Part shown: piece after piece, positions 24,401-36,274 of the stretch
Layout: each line of letters opens with the position of its first letter
How positions within the stretch are numbered: position 1 is the first letter of the stretch
Assembly (NCBI GenBank): GCA_000708835.1
Contig: DF237154.1
Span: 1-64,000, forward strand
Reading direction: 5' to 3'
Source: Klebsormidium nitens
Lineage: Eukaryota; Plantae; Klebsormidiophyceae
DNA length: 64,000 nucleotides
Made by a program: the position numbers and the translations under genes
The notes under the pieces: model-generated
What the model saw: the letters and a program-made list of their open reading frames with translations, nothing else
What the model was told of the DNA's origin: nothing
Database searches by the model: none

Positions 24401-24984
24401 ATCGAGATACACGCCTCTCTCAAGGCCCTTAAGTGAGAAGAATTTTACGCTACTGGACAGCAATCTCCAAATATGGCATCCGGTGGCACGCGAACCCCGA
24501 ATTGACCCCACCCCGTCCTCGGCAGCGTCTTACTTCCCTCTTACCTCAACGGAGGGCTTTTCATCTTTTGATTCGATGCCACTTACTGAATAAGCAGACT
24601 AACTGCTTATTCTAGTGGTCAAATTCTCAGTAGCAAACCCAGACCCAGAGAGCACAAAACTTGCTTAATCCCAAAATTCTTTCCAAGAATAGAGCGGATT
24701 GAGTCCTGCCTCACGCCTTAGGAAAGATTGTATCTCCGCATGAAAGGTCCGCGTGCTGAAAAATACTTCTTCCCTCTTCTACCCGTCCTCTTTCAGGTCC
24801 GACCGTCTGCCAGGCCGCAAACGTGAAATGTGCCAGCTGTCTTACGCGCTGCAACTCCGATCAGAACTGCCCTTCCGGCTACAACTGCGCCGGCAATTGT
24901 GGCGGCACCCCTCTCCCGCAAGGATCCATTAACGGCACGTGCCTGCCCAATTGCGGCACCAGGCCGAATGCTAGCGGCTGTTAG
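21499..24984 (+). CDS. Secreted modular Cys-rich protein, copy C (328 aa, intact; alternative ATG at 21493)
   Basis: Exons 21499-21595, 22212-22382, 22658-22843, 23444-23674, 24055-24168, 24797-24984 total 987 nt, open frame, all introns phase 1. Same Cys skeleton as copy B with an expanded Pro/Ser linker. Confidence 0.88.
24193..24336. mobile_element. Degenerate MITE-like element in intron 5 of copy C, probably the same family as 14454-14633
   Basis: Imperfect ~23-bp TIR (CAGAATATTTCGCAGCTAACCAA vs CAGGAAATTTTTGCTGATAACCAA) and multiple TAACCA/TGGTTA repeats. No clear TSD. Confidence 0.5.
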
Positions 24985-26240
24985 ATAAACGTGTGAGCCC
25001 GAGAGACAGTGAGATATGAGTACAGACTCTGCTTGGTTTGTGCAGACGACGAAAGCCACAAGGAATGGCTTCCATAATCAGAAGGACTTGGAATAACGGG
25101 GTCAAAGTGCTAGCTGGAATAACTAGGTGCGTCGTTCCCCTTTGAGATTCTAGTCGGGCTGTATCTGAACGTCGGGTTCAAACCGACTGTGATCGCTTCT
25201 AGGACCTTAATTTCGAAGTTCATCTTAACTTCAACGTCAGACTTCGAATGTACATTGGGAGCTTCTTGCGTTTCTTTAGTTGCCTGGTTCTTTGGCACTC
25301 GATGTGGAGACGTCACTCGCGTGGGTGCAGAGTGCAAAAGCGTCGGCTCTTTAAGTCATAATCACATGTGCACGATTTCAGTCCATCGCGGCTGCAAGAT
25401 CTCTGTGCATATGAACACACTTTGCATATAAATAGACTTATACGTATGTACATACACAAAGTATATATAAACACGTTTTATTTCAATTCCTGTGCACCGC
25501 GCTTAGGCCCGCGCGGGCCCAGGGTCAAGCATGATGACGTGTTAGCTCGTCGTCCGTTAAATTAGCGACTTGGGCTCTCGTCAGTGTCGTCATGCGCAAA
25601 CCGAATGCGTCAACGCCCAGTCGGCTGGCTGGGTCCTCGATTGTTTCACTAAAATTTAAAGCGCGCCAATAACGCGCCCAGTGTCGATCCTAGTCGGGGA
25701 GCATCTGCACTCCATCAACCTCATGAGTCCACCTTGGTCCGTCCACTTTTGGCTGTCAGAGTCGCTTTTCACAAAATTATCGACTGCATGCTCGCCTTTA
25801 GCTTCAACAAGAACGTCGGGCCTTTGTGCGAAGACGTCTGCGCAGATCAATGTTCGATTTTCACGCACAGAATCGCGAGCTAGTGCAAAGCAACTGCACA
25901 GGCGTGCACTATGAAACGTACATGTCGTGGAATCCAATCATAGCATGCGGGAACAATCCTAAGTTCGTGCAGTTTGACAATCCCATCCTGTGCCCAAGCA
26001 CAGAAACAATCTTCGTCACAGATAAAGGTACGGGTCATGCATGAACCTTTCAGTTCCAGACGACGCGGCAATGGCCGCCTGCACCGAACAGATCGCTTCA
26101 CTAACCCAACTAACTTCCACATACCACTACTGTACAACCTCAATACCGCGCTTACCCCAGCGCTGACCGTGAGTTCCTCATTGTCTCTTCTTATCACAAA
26201 CTTTTACCTAAAGCAGCGCAGTACATTTCCGAACGCGCAG

Positions 26241-29200
26241 CTAAAGGGTATCATCGATAGGGACGCCGTGTTTCAAGAACCTATCAGCAGCCGACACCGC
26301 AGTGGTGCTGCATTCGACAACGCCGCTACAAAGATCGCCAGGCAGGACGGGCGTGTCCTGATGGGGAGACGATATGGAACCTGCAAACAATGGCAGACGC
26401 TAATCATGTAAGAACCGAGTTTGGTTGATCACAAGATTCACACCTGAAAATTTTTAAGCTGCCGCCTTGAGAAAACGTTTCAAAACTCCCGCAGGAAGGA
26501 GGGCAGCAAATGCCAGCCGACGGCGGTAGCAAGACACGCGAAACCAAGGCACAGCCAGAACGCTGAAAAAAGGTTTGTCAAGCGTGTACGTTCATCTCTC
26601 AGGAGCTGTCGTTGGCCGACAATTGAGCGCACGGTGTCTGACGCTTTACTTCCTTTCCAATTCTGCGGCTGAAATCGATGGAGGACCTTTCATACCAACT
26701 GAGAGCGAGAGAACAAGTGTCGCCGGCGGAAGCGAGATTGACCGGCACCAATCCGAATTCTCGCCCAGCTACTTTCATCCTTCCAAAAATAAAGCGTTCC
26801 GTTCAGCGTTGAGGGCTGACCTTTACTCGCAGCTTGAGTCGACCGAAATTTGGAAGGGAAGAGGCCTGATCAGAGGCATGATAAAGAACGGACGAAGAGC
26901 GCCAACAGAACCACTGCAAAAAGCTACCATTGCCGAAGCAAAAACGCAGAGTGGCAGAAGCGAATCAACTCAATCTTTAAAAGCCCACCTGCGGTTTGGC
27001 AGGCCCGCATCGTTTTGCAGTGCTCTCCCTCGTCATCCCTCACGTTTACAAACACATCGTACAAGTTCTCTGCGGATACGGAGAACGGGCGTCAGCAAAG
27101 TTGGAAGAAACTTTGAGTCGAGTCGGGACATTGACTTTGCGCACAGGAGTGCTGAGGAGCAGACCATCAACGGATTTGGAAAGCTGGGAAAACGAGGCCA
27201 AATGTGTCTTGAAGCATCTCCTCAAGAGCTTTAATCTGGGGTCGGTAACGAGAGGGACGTTCGGTGTCAGGTACTCGCAGCGTCGCCTGTCTTTTTAACT
27301 TTTCCTCAAAAGTTAGTCAGCCGGCCAGAGCAGGCGAAGTTTGTACAACGTCCAACTGACAAGGACCGAAATATTAACAATTCAGAGAAGGTCGCTCTTA
27401 TAGACGAACACTCGAGTTCACCAGAAAAGTACATGATTGGCAGAACGCACCGGATTTGGCAAAAGCAAAAGTACAGAAAGTTCAGATATGACATTGTCGG
27501 GGTTCCGGCAACAACAGAGCCTTCCTTTCTGGTTCGCTCGTCTCGTCTGAATCAAGTCAGACGAAGGCGAATCTCAAGTCTTTGACAAAGACGGTTCACA
27601 AGCAGAGCAGGCTTATCGGGATTGGTCCAATGCACGCCTGCCAGGTTATAGAAACGGCCGCCTATGAATTCCTCCCGATTTATCAACTGACCAACCGGCG
27701 GCATGAGCGGCTTACCTATTTTGGGTCGCCGGACGCCCGGTGTGGCGGCCGTCTGAAACTCGTCTGCAGAGAAAGAGACCTGGTGAGACTCTGTGTCGAA
27801 CTGAAGAAAAACTAATAATGAGCCGAAATAATACTAAGGTAACCGCACTGGGACGGGTAAGGTTAACTTTGGTGGTTAAGGTGGGTGATCGTGCGGAGCA
27901 GGTACCTTTTTGGGTTAGGGTTTTTGGAGTGAGTCGGAATTTGATATTATCTTGGCTTTTTAAGCTCTTTCTTGAGATTCGTAAAAAGCTGTGACGCTCT
28001 CCCCCTGCACGTGGATCTAAAGGATGTAACGCCCTTCATTGCGAGAACCAGGGTCGCAGACCGGTGTCGGAACAGGAGGAATGCATATCGAGCAGCAGTC
28101 TAGACGTCCAGTGATTTCACTGTGATGCCTTAAATTGACAACCAACGCTTGCCCCCAGAAAAAAGGTCGATTAAGATTCCGGTCAGATCAATCACGATCC
28201 GGAACAGACCCGACGACATTCGAGACTGCGGCGTTGGCTTGTCTTTTAACAGTTCAACACCTCCAACTGGGTTTTCCTTTTAGAACGGGGGCTCGATGGT
28301 GGAACCACACTACGAGATGCCCTCAAGCTCGCTCTTTGGATCTCACTTGATGCAAACGTTCCAACCGTTGCTCGCGCACTCAAGAATCTGCCCAAACGGG
28401 CCCAAGCCCGTGACAGCACCGAAAATTGCTGCCACCCGAGAAATCGTCCGGCGAATCTTAGGCGGCGCCTCTGCGAAAACGCCGCCGAATTTTCCAGCGA
28501 GGGAGGCTGCTAAAGCCCTTTACAAGCACGCTCACCAAACATGTACAGGTCTCCCTCGGTGTAATACTTGACGGCGACCTCCGGGGCCGGCTTCGTCTTA
28601 AGCTTGTCGCCGAAAGTTGCCAGGAACGAGTCGTACGTGTGGTACGCGTGCGTCTCGACGCACTCCATCAAGTGATCTGCACGGTGGCAACAAGCTCGTC
28701 AGAAAGAAGTGCTCTAACGTGCGAATACTGGAAAGAAGCAGGTAAACAGGGATCAACGGTCACTTGGCTCAGAAGTGTGAGATACGAGCAGATAAAAAGA
28801 GGCACTTATCTGGTTGGCACACGCAAAGAAGTGACAAAACGATAAGTTTCGAGAGTGCCGGACATACACGGGCCGTGGGGGATGAGAGCGCTTTGGAATC
28901 GCCCAAACGCAGAATGAAAACGGAGAGTGCGAGACAAAGCGGCAACCCCGCGCGAGCACTCTTCCTATCGTGTCACCTACGACAGAAGCACGACATGATG
29001 GACCCTGAAAGCTCAGATAGGGTTTCGTGACTCACACGCCATTCTCGGGCTGACCAGGTAGATGATGCAACACAGGAGGTAGTAGACGACTGCCACGTGT
29101 TGCGCCAGAAAGCGGTCGATCCACCGCCGGTCGCCTCCCAGCGACTCCATAATGAGCAGGTGATGCAGCTCGTTCCACGATTCAGCAAAGTGAACCTGCG

Positions 29201-32053
29201 GTGAAATAACAACGGGTTTTGAGTTGAGCGGCGGAGAGAAAGCACAAACAATCCGGTTTTACTTGCGCAGGAAATGAGATTCTGGAAGTCTGACGCCTCT
29301 GCTGAACACACGTGGTAAACGAGAGATCCGAAGGGAAGAAAAGCGAAGGGAGTGCCCGGAAGCGAACGACGCTTGCAGTAAAGCCGGAAGTGAAGGAGGT
29401 CCTTCTCTGCGTTTTCACTTTCAAACAGGCTCTGGAACGTGCAAATCGACGCCGATCACTTGCTGGGCTCACAATCGGCGTCACCTCCCTGGGGCAGTGG
29501 AGAAGTTTTCAGCTTGAAGAAGTAGGTAATGTATGCTGTGTACCGGCTTTCACTGGTCCATTCAGTAATTACCCCCACAAAGCCTATCTCAAACTAAGCG
29601 CAGCCGATGGCATAAGGTAGAACGCTACGTCACATGTAAAGCATTCCATTGAGAAGGCCCCGTTGGCAAGATGCCACGAAGAGACATTTGACCGACAACC
29701 TGCCGCTTCTGCCCTTATGCGAGCTCCGCGAGCTTCACAATCCGGAGCAACAGGTTGAATCCGGCAACTGCATTCTGAATCGTAGTGCCTCCAGTATATC
29801 AAGTCCAAGGCTCGTAGTGGTCCATGACTCCTGGGTCACAAAAGGTTGGCTTCGGCAGTTGCGTCCTAACACGACGTCTTTCAGCACATCAATAACAAAG
29901 CCCAAACTTGCCCTTGAGTTTCGGGGCGCAGCTGGTGCAGTGCGTGCTCACCTTGATGTAGTCTGCTCGCCGCCACCACCCAAAGCTCTCATACATATGT
30001 AAAACCGAAACATAAGCTGCAAACGGAGAGAAACAATTTGTCATTCTTGGGAATACACCCCATTTCCCACGCCATAAAAATGACCGCAGCCTTGCATTGA
30101 ACTTGATACGCAGAGCACTGCGTTGCGCTTCTGTCCGACCTGAAATCAAAGCCTCCCAAAGTGAGAAGGACCAAACACGCCCCGACTTCAGCAGCATAGA
30201 GCCTTGCGCCACTACGTTCATGCCGCTCTTTTGTCTGGGCTAGCTTCAAACGGGTGAGCGGCTTCAAAGCCGCAAAGTACTCGTTTCAAGGCTTCTCGAT
30301 GACGTCCATAGACTCCTCGCAAACTGCGGCCAATCCTCCGACCAGCCGCATGAACCATAGCTGAGATCGACGGGGATTGCCTACAGCTTTGCCTGGCAGC
30401 CTTCTGTAAGCTTCCAGCGATTGTGTGGCGGTTTCAGAAGTTCACTCCAGTTGACTGCTTCAAGTCGAAATTCCGAGCCACTCGAAGTTGAAGGGCCATT
30501 CAGTCTTTCATGTACGCCTGAGAGGGCTTGAGATAGCAGCGGTATCCAAGAGAGTAGTGAGATAGACGAACTTACAAAAATAAGGAACCCGAGCGATTGT
30601 TTCCAGGACGTAAAAGCGTGCGTAGTGCCTGTCCGCGTAGAACGCATCCAGAAGAATGACGACGAAATCCTGCAAGCAAGCGGAACCTGGTGAGCTGTAT
30701 CAAAGAAATGGACCGACATCACCAGTCAACAAGCTTGTTGACGGTCATAAGACGAGTTTTTTTCTCAAATGTTGAACATTTTTTCAATTGAAGCTGCTTC
30801 AAGCCTGGAAGAAAATCTTGCAACGGGAGGCGAACGACCCAACCGTACAGATGCTGCTGAAAAATCCAGTGTCCCCGTGAAACTGTCGTAGCACATGAAG
30901 CGTACCGGTTTTCGTGCAGCCTCTTAAAATCCTTTCATTAGCTCAGACCGGGACGATCTTCCTGCCCTCCCCCACTCACATTTCCATAACAACTAGGTTG
31001 GCGCGTAACAAGCCCTTTCCTTGGAGTGATCAGCACCTCGCTTCTGGTTTGCCATCAAATCGTCCTGCAAGCAATCAAGGCAAGTGACCAACTCACCGTT
31101 AGCGCGTGGTTTATTCTTCTCTCCACCCCAATCAACCCCGCCTCCCACCCGGTTGCAGAGTCCTCTGGAGGAGGCAAGTAGTCTTTACTCTTTGCTGGCG
31201 GAGCCGACACGGCCTTCATTGACCATCTGCATGAAGCAGACATGAATCTTTCTAGTTTGAAAAGAAGGACAATGTACGACAGCCTTCTTTTGAAGGCGCC
31301 CCACACGCCTTGCAACTTCACATGAAAACACTGGCTTCTGTACAGATCCTCAAGCACCATAAAAAGCGGGCGTATAAGGACGCTTTCCCGCCCAAGGATT
31401 GACGGCCAACCTTTGCCCTGGTACCAATTCAACTCCATGTGGCCGTCAGGAACGGAGTAAAACCCAGTTGTACAGTGAACAACTCATGTCAGCTCAAGCC
31501 ACAGAGACCCCTTCGTTGTTTGTTTCACTGGCGCTAGAAGGCCACTCTCAATGTTTCCGCCCCCTTGGAACACAAACAGCAACTGTTCACAAGTTCCAAA
31601 TGTGACTGGCCACTTTGGATGCAGAATCTTTGGAAGGCCTTGAAACAAGTTCCAAATTCACTAATCACTTTGGATGTGTCAAACTTGGAAAGCCATATAG
31701 TTGCAGCTTCGGTAGACCAATGTAATCAATCCAAGACGAAGCAACTTCCATTCAATGGATGCGACAGACACGTTCACTTGATTAGCGAAGGAAAGTAACA
31801 AGTACTAATCTGCGGGAACGTAGATGCTCCTAACATCATCTACTGAGTAAGCTGGAGTGTTCACTACGGACCTGCTGTTTCCACAGACAGGGTCGAAGGA
31901 CGGAACAATGCCAGGCACTTTCGAAAGGCCAACTTTCCGCCCCAAAACGCCCTTCCTCAGGTTCTGCTCTTGGCGTTTTGCAGAACCCTGGCACACACGC
32001 CTGCTAGAGGACAGCGGCGAGTCAGAACATGTTGTGCTCTGAATTGTGTCCAT
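26241..32053 (-). CDS. PTOX: Plastid terminal oxidase (IMMUTANS-type alternative oxidase family), 346 aa, 9 exons
   Basis: Exons 32053-31872, 31226-31097, 30669-30576, 30016-29952, 29195-29036, 28676-28536, 27763-27716, 27069-26989, 26380-26241 join in frame. Motifs RFYVLETIARVPYF, KVHFAESWNELHHLLIME, ECVETHAY, ENLYDVFVNVRDDEGEHCKTM carry all di-iron ligands. Transit-peptide-like N-terminus. An acceptor just before the ATG suggests a further 5' exon. Confidence 0.97.
27793..27990. mobile_element. Second (inverted) copy of the ~190-bp dispersed repeat, in a PTOX intron
   Basis: Shares gcactgggacggg(t/c)aaggtt..tttggtggtta(a/g)ggtgggt..gtgcgga..caggtac and attatcttggct..tctttcttgag with the reverse complement of 17095-17265. 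Confidence 0.55.
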
Positions 32054-33965
32054 GATCTGAGACGTCAGCAATTGTGCCAGTTGTAATACGGAGGTTCTCA
32101 ACCCAGAACAGAATGTTTTCAAGATTGAATCAGATCAGATTGTCACTTGCCCGACACTCAACTGTGCTTACTAAACAGGTCACATCCTGAATGTGTCCAC
32201 TTTCAAAAAGGATTTGCATTTACAGCACACGAATCCAAAGCTGCATAGATCCTGGATGCATAGCGACCACGACTGGAGTGCTCCGTTGAGCATTTCTGCC
32301 AAAGATGAAAAGCAGATTAGGTTTCATAACAATCACTCTTGTTTTGACTTCCCCACTTTGCATCAGAATTCGGATGAAGTGGCAATCACAAATAGACAAC
32401 AGCTAGTATAAGTACTTTGCAACAAAAGACAAAACTGCAGGCTCAAGCCCAGGGTCCCCGAAAAGCCCAGGGCAAAGATCCACCTACAAACCTCAGAGCG
32501 ACAGGGGCAAACCCTAAAAGATTGTTAGTGTAAAAGTAAGTGCATGCGGCAGTTTACGATAAGAGAATGTGCTGACAGTGGCTGGCAGATGAAACGCTCA
32601 ATCAACACCCACCTTGCTTGAAAGACGGGTTGCCCACTGGCCCCTGCTGCCCTTGAGGATCCTGCGGACTCATCTTGCCGATATGGCAAGACAGTTCTGC
32701 TTTGCAACTCTACTGAGAGAGCCATCTCGGGTTCCTCTACCCGGCTCCAACGCTGCGGTAAGCTTGCTCTTGAAAGCAGGTGTGATTGCACCCAGCTAAA
32801 TTCAGACGCTAAACCCTCTTAAACTGCAAGAATTCTCTGCGATTGAGTCTCTGATCCAGATTAGCTCATCAAAGGACAGCGTCGATTGCCCGCGCTAAAC
32901 GGCTTACTCGATTCTACAAGAACTCTTGACTCAATTGTGAGGCCCAGCTGAGTCAGAAAACCGGAAAGCTTGGCCGCTGTAGTGCCGCTTACTCCGAGAA
33001 GGCAGCAACTGGAACAAGAAAGGTTGAAAATGGGCGTCTTCACTGGACTATTAGTTATACAAAGAGACAAGAAGCTCAGAATTCTAGAGAAGCTAGCCGG
33101 AAACCAGCACACTGCACAGTACCTATTATACCTCCAGTGGACCATAGTTGGCAGCCGCCCACGTCTACTGTTGCTGGGGTCAGTTCCCGGCAACTTTAAC
33201 GGCACCCTTGATTGCTTTCTGACTGCCTTTATCGCAAGCCGTTACCGGTACAATCTTAACGCGCAGCAATAAACGGCAATGTGTCTTTGATATTTTTCCC
33301 ACGTGGCCTCTGAAATAGTTCCGGGCCGCCACTTCAAGTTCCGGCAGGGGCATGGAGATCGGAACGGACAGGAAGACCGGAACTTCTAAGGGATCACTAT
33401 ACTACGGCGATTCGGTACGTCAGCAAGTCGCTTCGGGACTAGCTTCTGAGCATCTCATCAGACGTCCGCATGCACGATCGTTTTTCAAGCTGCTGACGGC
33501 ATTTGATCTGGCAGACTCGCATGCCGCCGTCGCCAAGATTACTTTTGTGGGCCCGATTGCGCCAGCGTACCAGTGCACTGCCGACGGCCGGTCTGGTGCG
33601 CTGCTCTTATTGGCTTAATGCCAGCTTCTATGAAAGGCACCCGTAGGATTCCCGGGTTGGTTCTGATTCGTCACCACAGTCTGGAGGTGCCTCGCAACGC
33701 GGAAGGGTGACACCGTTTCTCTAAACCCAGCAAGGAATTAGCGCATTCCATGCACTGGACTTTGCCGCCCGGCCGCGGGCGCGAGAGCTGTTGTTTCAGC
33801 CACGAATCACGAGGGGCGGCTGTTTTCAGCGGAACTGGTGAACGGTTTGCCAACGAGCTTAAGTGCATGCAGGGGTTCACACCCTTCGGAGCCCGTTTGA
33901 GAGAGGGTCTGCAAAGATTGCACGATTTCTGACCCCTTCCGTGCTTCACCGGAGGTAAGCACCGA

Positions 33966-34164
33966 GCAGCCCTTTCTAACGCACGAAGAACGAACGTGGG
34001 CTAATTTTTATTGAAGGCTTGGAGATACGTACAGGATTGGGTTTGATGAATTCTCTTCGAAGCAGCCCTTTTAAAGGCACGAAGAGCGCACGTGGGCTAT
34101 TGTTTATTGAGAGCTTGGAGATAGAAGGGAGATAGAGGATTGGGTTTGCTGAAATTGTCTTCGA
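33966..34164 (+). repeat. ~96-100-bp tandem duplication upstream of COX6A
   Basis: gcagcccttt..gcacgaaga..acgtgggcta..ttattga..gcttggagata..aggattgggtttg.tgaa..tcttcga occurs at 33966-34061 and 34062-34164. Confidence 0.8.
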
Positions 34165-34391
34165 GATTCTGCTCGCACTGGCATAACAACAAGGGTACGT
34201 GTCAGTCGCTGAACAAGTTGTTTGTAACGATAGCTTTCCTTGGCTCACTTTCACGATGGAAATCAGACACCTTACTTCTTTTCGTGTAGGATTTGGCTTG
34301 TATCCGACTTTTCAAAAGCCCTTGTCATCTTTGTTTCAGGACACACTTTGTTCAGATTGTGGCCCCATTCTCTGGACAGGTTTGAGCCAGG

Positions 34392-36274
34392 ATGAGCTCA
34401 CGCAGACTGCTCGCGGTTCCCCGCTCCTCGACAGCTGTCCTAAAAAGGTTCTTTGCAAACCGGGGAAGGAGCCCGGTAAGTATTCCACCGGGGAGAGCTC
34501 CCCCTGAGCCGCCGCCCAACATGTTCCCGGAAGCCCACGCGAAGCAGGCAACCGGGGCAATATTTTCCGAGCACGAAAGACCGGTCGGCGACGGCTCGAA
34601 GCGCCCGGAATCGCAATACCCGGTCACGGAAACCGGAGGGAGGACGGAAGCCGGGCGCCAAGAGCAGGATTGCGTGTGGAAGTCGGCGACCGGACAGCGG
34701 GGGATAGCGGTGTCAAAGTCGCCCTTTGTCTTTGCTATTCTCCCCAGTGGTCAAAACCGGGCAGCTGGGGAGTCGGAGAGGAGCCCAGTGCCCGGGAGAA
34801 CCGCTGCGACGGAGAGATCGACGGTGGGAAGCGCGGAGACGGAGGAATCGACGGTGGTATACCACCCGGGGGATGAAGAATACGTGAACTGGGGCAGGAT
34901 CAAGCCCCCGGGGGAGCCCCCCGACGACGAGGAGCAGAGAGAGGCGGTGCACGAGATGCTCAAGTGGAAGCGGGTCACGTGAGGAACTTGGGAAGCTTTT
35001 CAGTTCGGCTTTTCAGATTGGTGCTCTAATATAGCTGTGATTGGCGTTTCCCCGCTTGATGGCTGCTCTGCACAGTGTTCGTTTTCTCAGAGTGTTCGCG
35101 TTTCGTTGTCTGAACCGCTCATAATATGACCGATATAAGATGGGTGAAGCGGAGAAGAATCTGATAAAATTAGACAGGCCAGGTCTGTCCTCGTTCTCAG
35201 TCTCTCTTTGTTACAGAGACGATGATGCCAACGCAAACTTCTTACTGCCACGTTCCGGTCAACGATCAGGTGCTTCTCAAGCAGAAAACTCTATTCGCAA
35301 ATCTTCTGGACGATCTGAGACCGTCTACGTGCGCAACCAGGTGCTTCTGTATCTCTTTTCTCACTCCGTTCCCCCGTGCCCGCAACATTTGTTTCATCGA
35401 ATATGCTCGAGGCCACCTTTTTCCCCGAATCTCTCGCTTCGAGAGCTACTTTTCCGCACCTCCTTATCAAGATACTTTTTCATTAGGAAAACGAGTTCAG
35501 ATCAAATCTCAAGGATAGGACGAGGGAAAACATGTCGCTATTTTTTTGTGCGTGCAGGGAGGCCGTCGGGGTCATCGTTTTGGTTAAGGCCTGCTACGAC
35601 CTAACCCACATCGAAAAACAACTCTCGTAAGCGAGGTGATTCAAACGACTCAACATAGGTTCATGTTTCGTTACGCGGGGTAAAGAGCAACCCGCTTTTT
35701 GTGCTCGCAGGCAAGCCGCGCTGGTCATCATATCGGTCAAGGCCCTCTAACTAAGACTCTTACGACTTACCCCACGTTGAGGAAGAAATTCTTCACAGAG
35801 CGACCATTTTCGACCGGTGGATACCACGTTACCCTTGTTACGAACATGGTCAAGAGCATACCCTACCTCTTTTTGCAGGCAGGACGCCCTGGTCATCATA
35901 TCGTTTAAGGCCCTGTACGGCTTAACCCAAATCGAGTAAGAGATTCTCCACTGGGCGACCATTTTTCAACCGGTGCATCCCGCGTCAAACCCTGGTTGCG
36001 GACAAGGTTAAGAGCAAATCCCACCTCTTCTTGCAGGCAGGCCGCCCTGGTCATCATCTCGGTCAAGGCCCTGTACGACTTAACCCACATCGAGGAAGAG
36101 ATCCACCGCCCGTTCCTGGACGCGCCGCGGCCGCGCTACCCGTACATGCGCATCCGGCACAAGGACTTTCCCTGGGGGCCGTGCGACTTACTGGACCTGG
36201 ACTGCTGGCGGGAGCGGAAGATGCAGAACCAACAGGAGGTGGAAGCGCTGCATAACCGGCGGCTCCGGGGTTAG
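34392..36274 (+). CDS. COX6A: Cytochrome c oxidase subunit 6a (exons 34392-34979 and 36037-36274)
   Basis: EAVHEMLKWKRVT joins in phase 2 to a hydrophobic segment QAALVIISVKALY, followed by YPYMRIRHKDFPWGPCDLLDLDCW, the characteristic COX6A YP.(L/M).IR.K.FPWG motif. The N-terminal part is unusually long, so the 5' model is uncertain. Confidence 0.85.
35540..36100 (+). repeat. Four tandem ~155-165-bp copies of the COX6A intron end plus first ~60-70 nt of exon 2 (three variant copies and the functional one)
   Basis: Acceptor-like ..GCAG|G at 35557, 35710, 35878 and 36036, each followed by variants of g(c/g)a(g/a)g(c/a)cg..ctggtcatc..t.ggtcaaggccctgtacgacttaacccacatcga. Confidence 0.9.

Larger units (their letters stand above)
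20000..25000 (+). repeat. Direct segmental duplicate of ~14340-18900 (upstream repeats plus whole gene)
   Basis: Collinear similarity of upstream repeats, 5' region, introns and exons. For example 16065-16335 vs 21840-22110 are near-identical by eye. Confidence 0.9.

Noticed and set aside
26575-27234. 219-aa plus-strand ORF
   Set aside because: It is antisense to PTOX exon 8 and its introns and has no recognisable motif.
27912-27920. Interstitial telomere repeat GGGTTAGGG
   Set aside because: Only about 1.5 units, and it lies within the 190-bp dispersed repeat.
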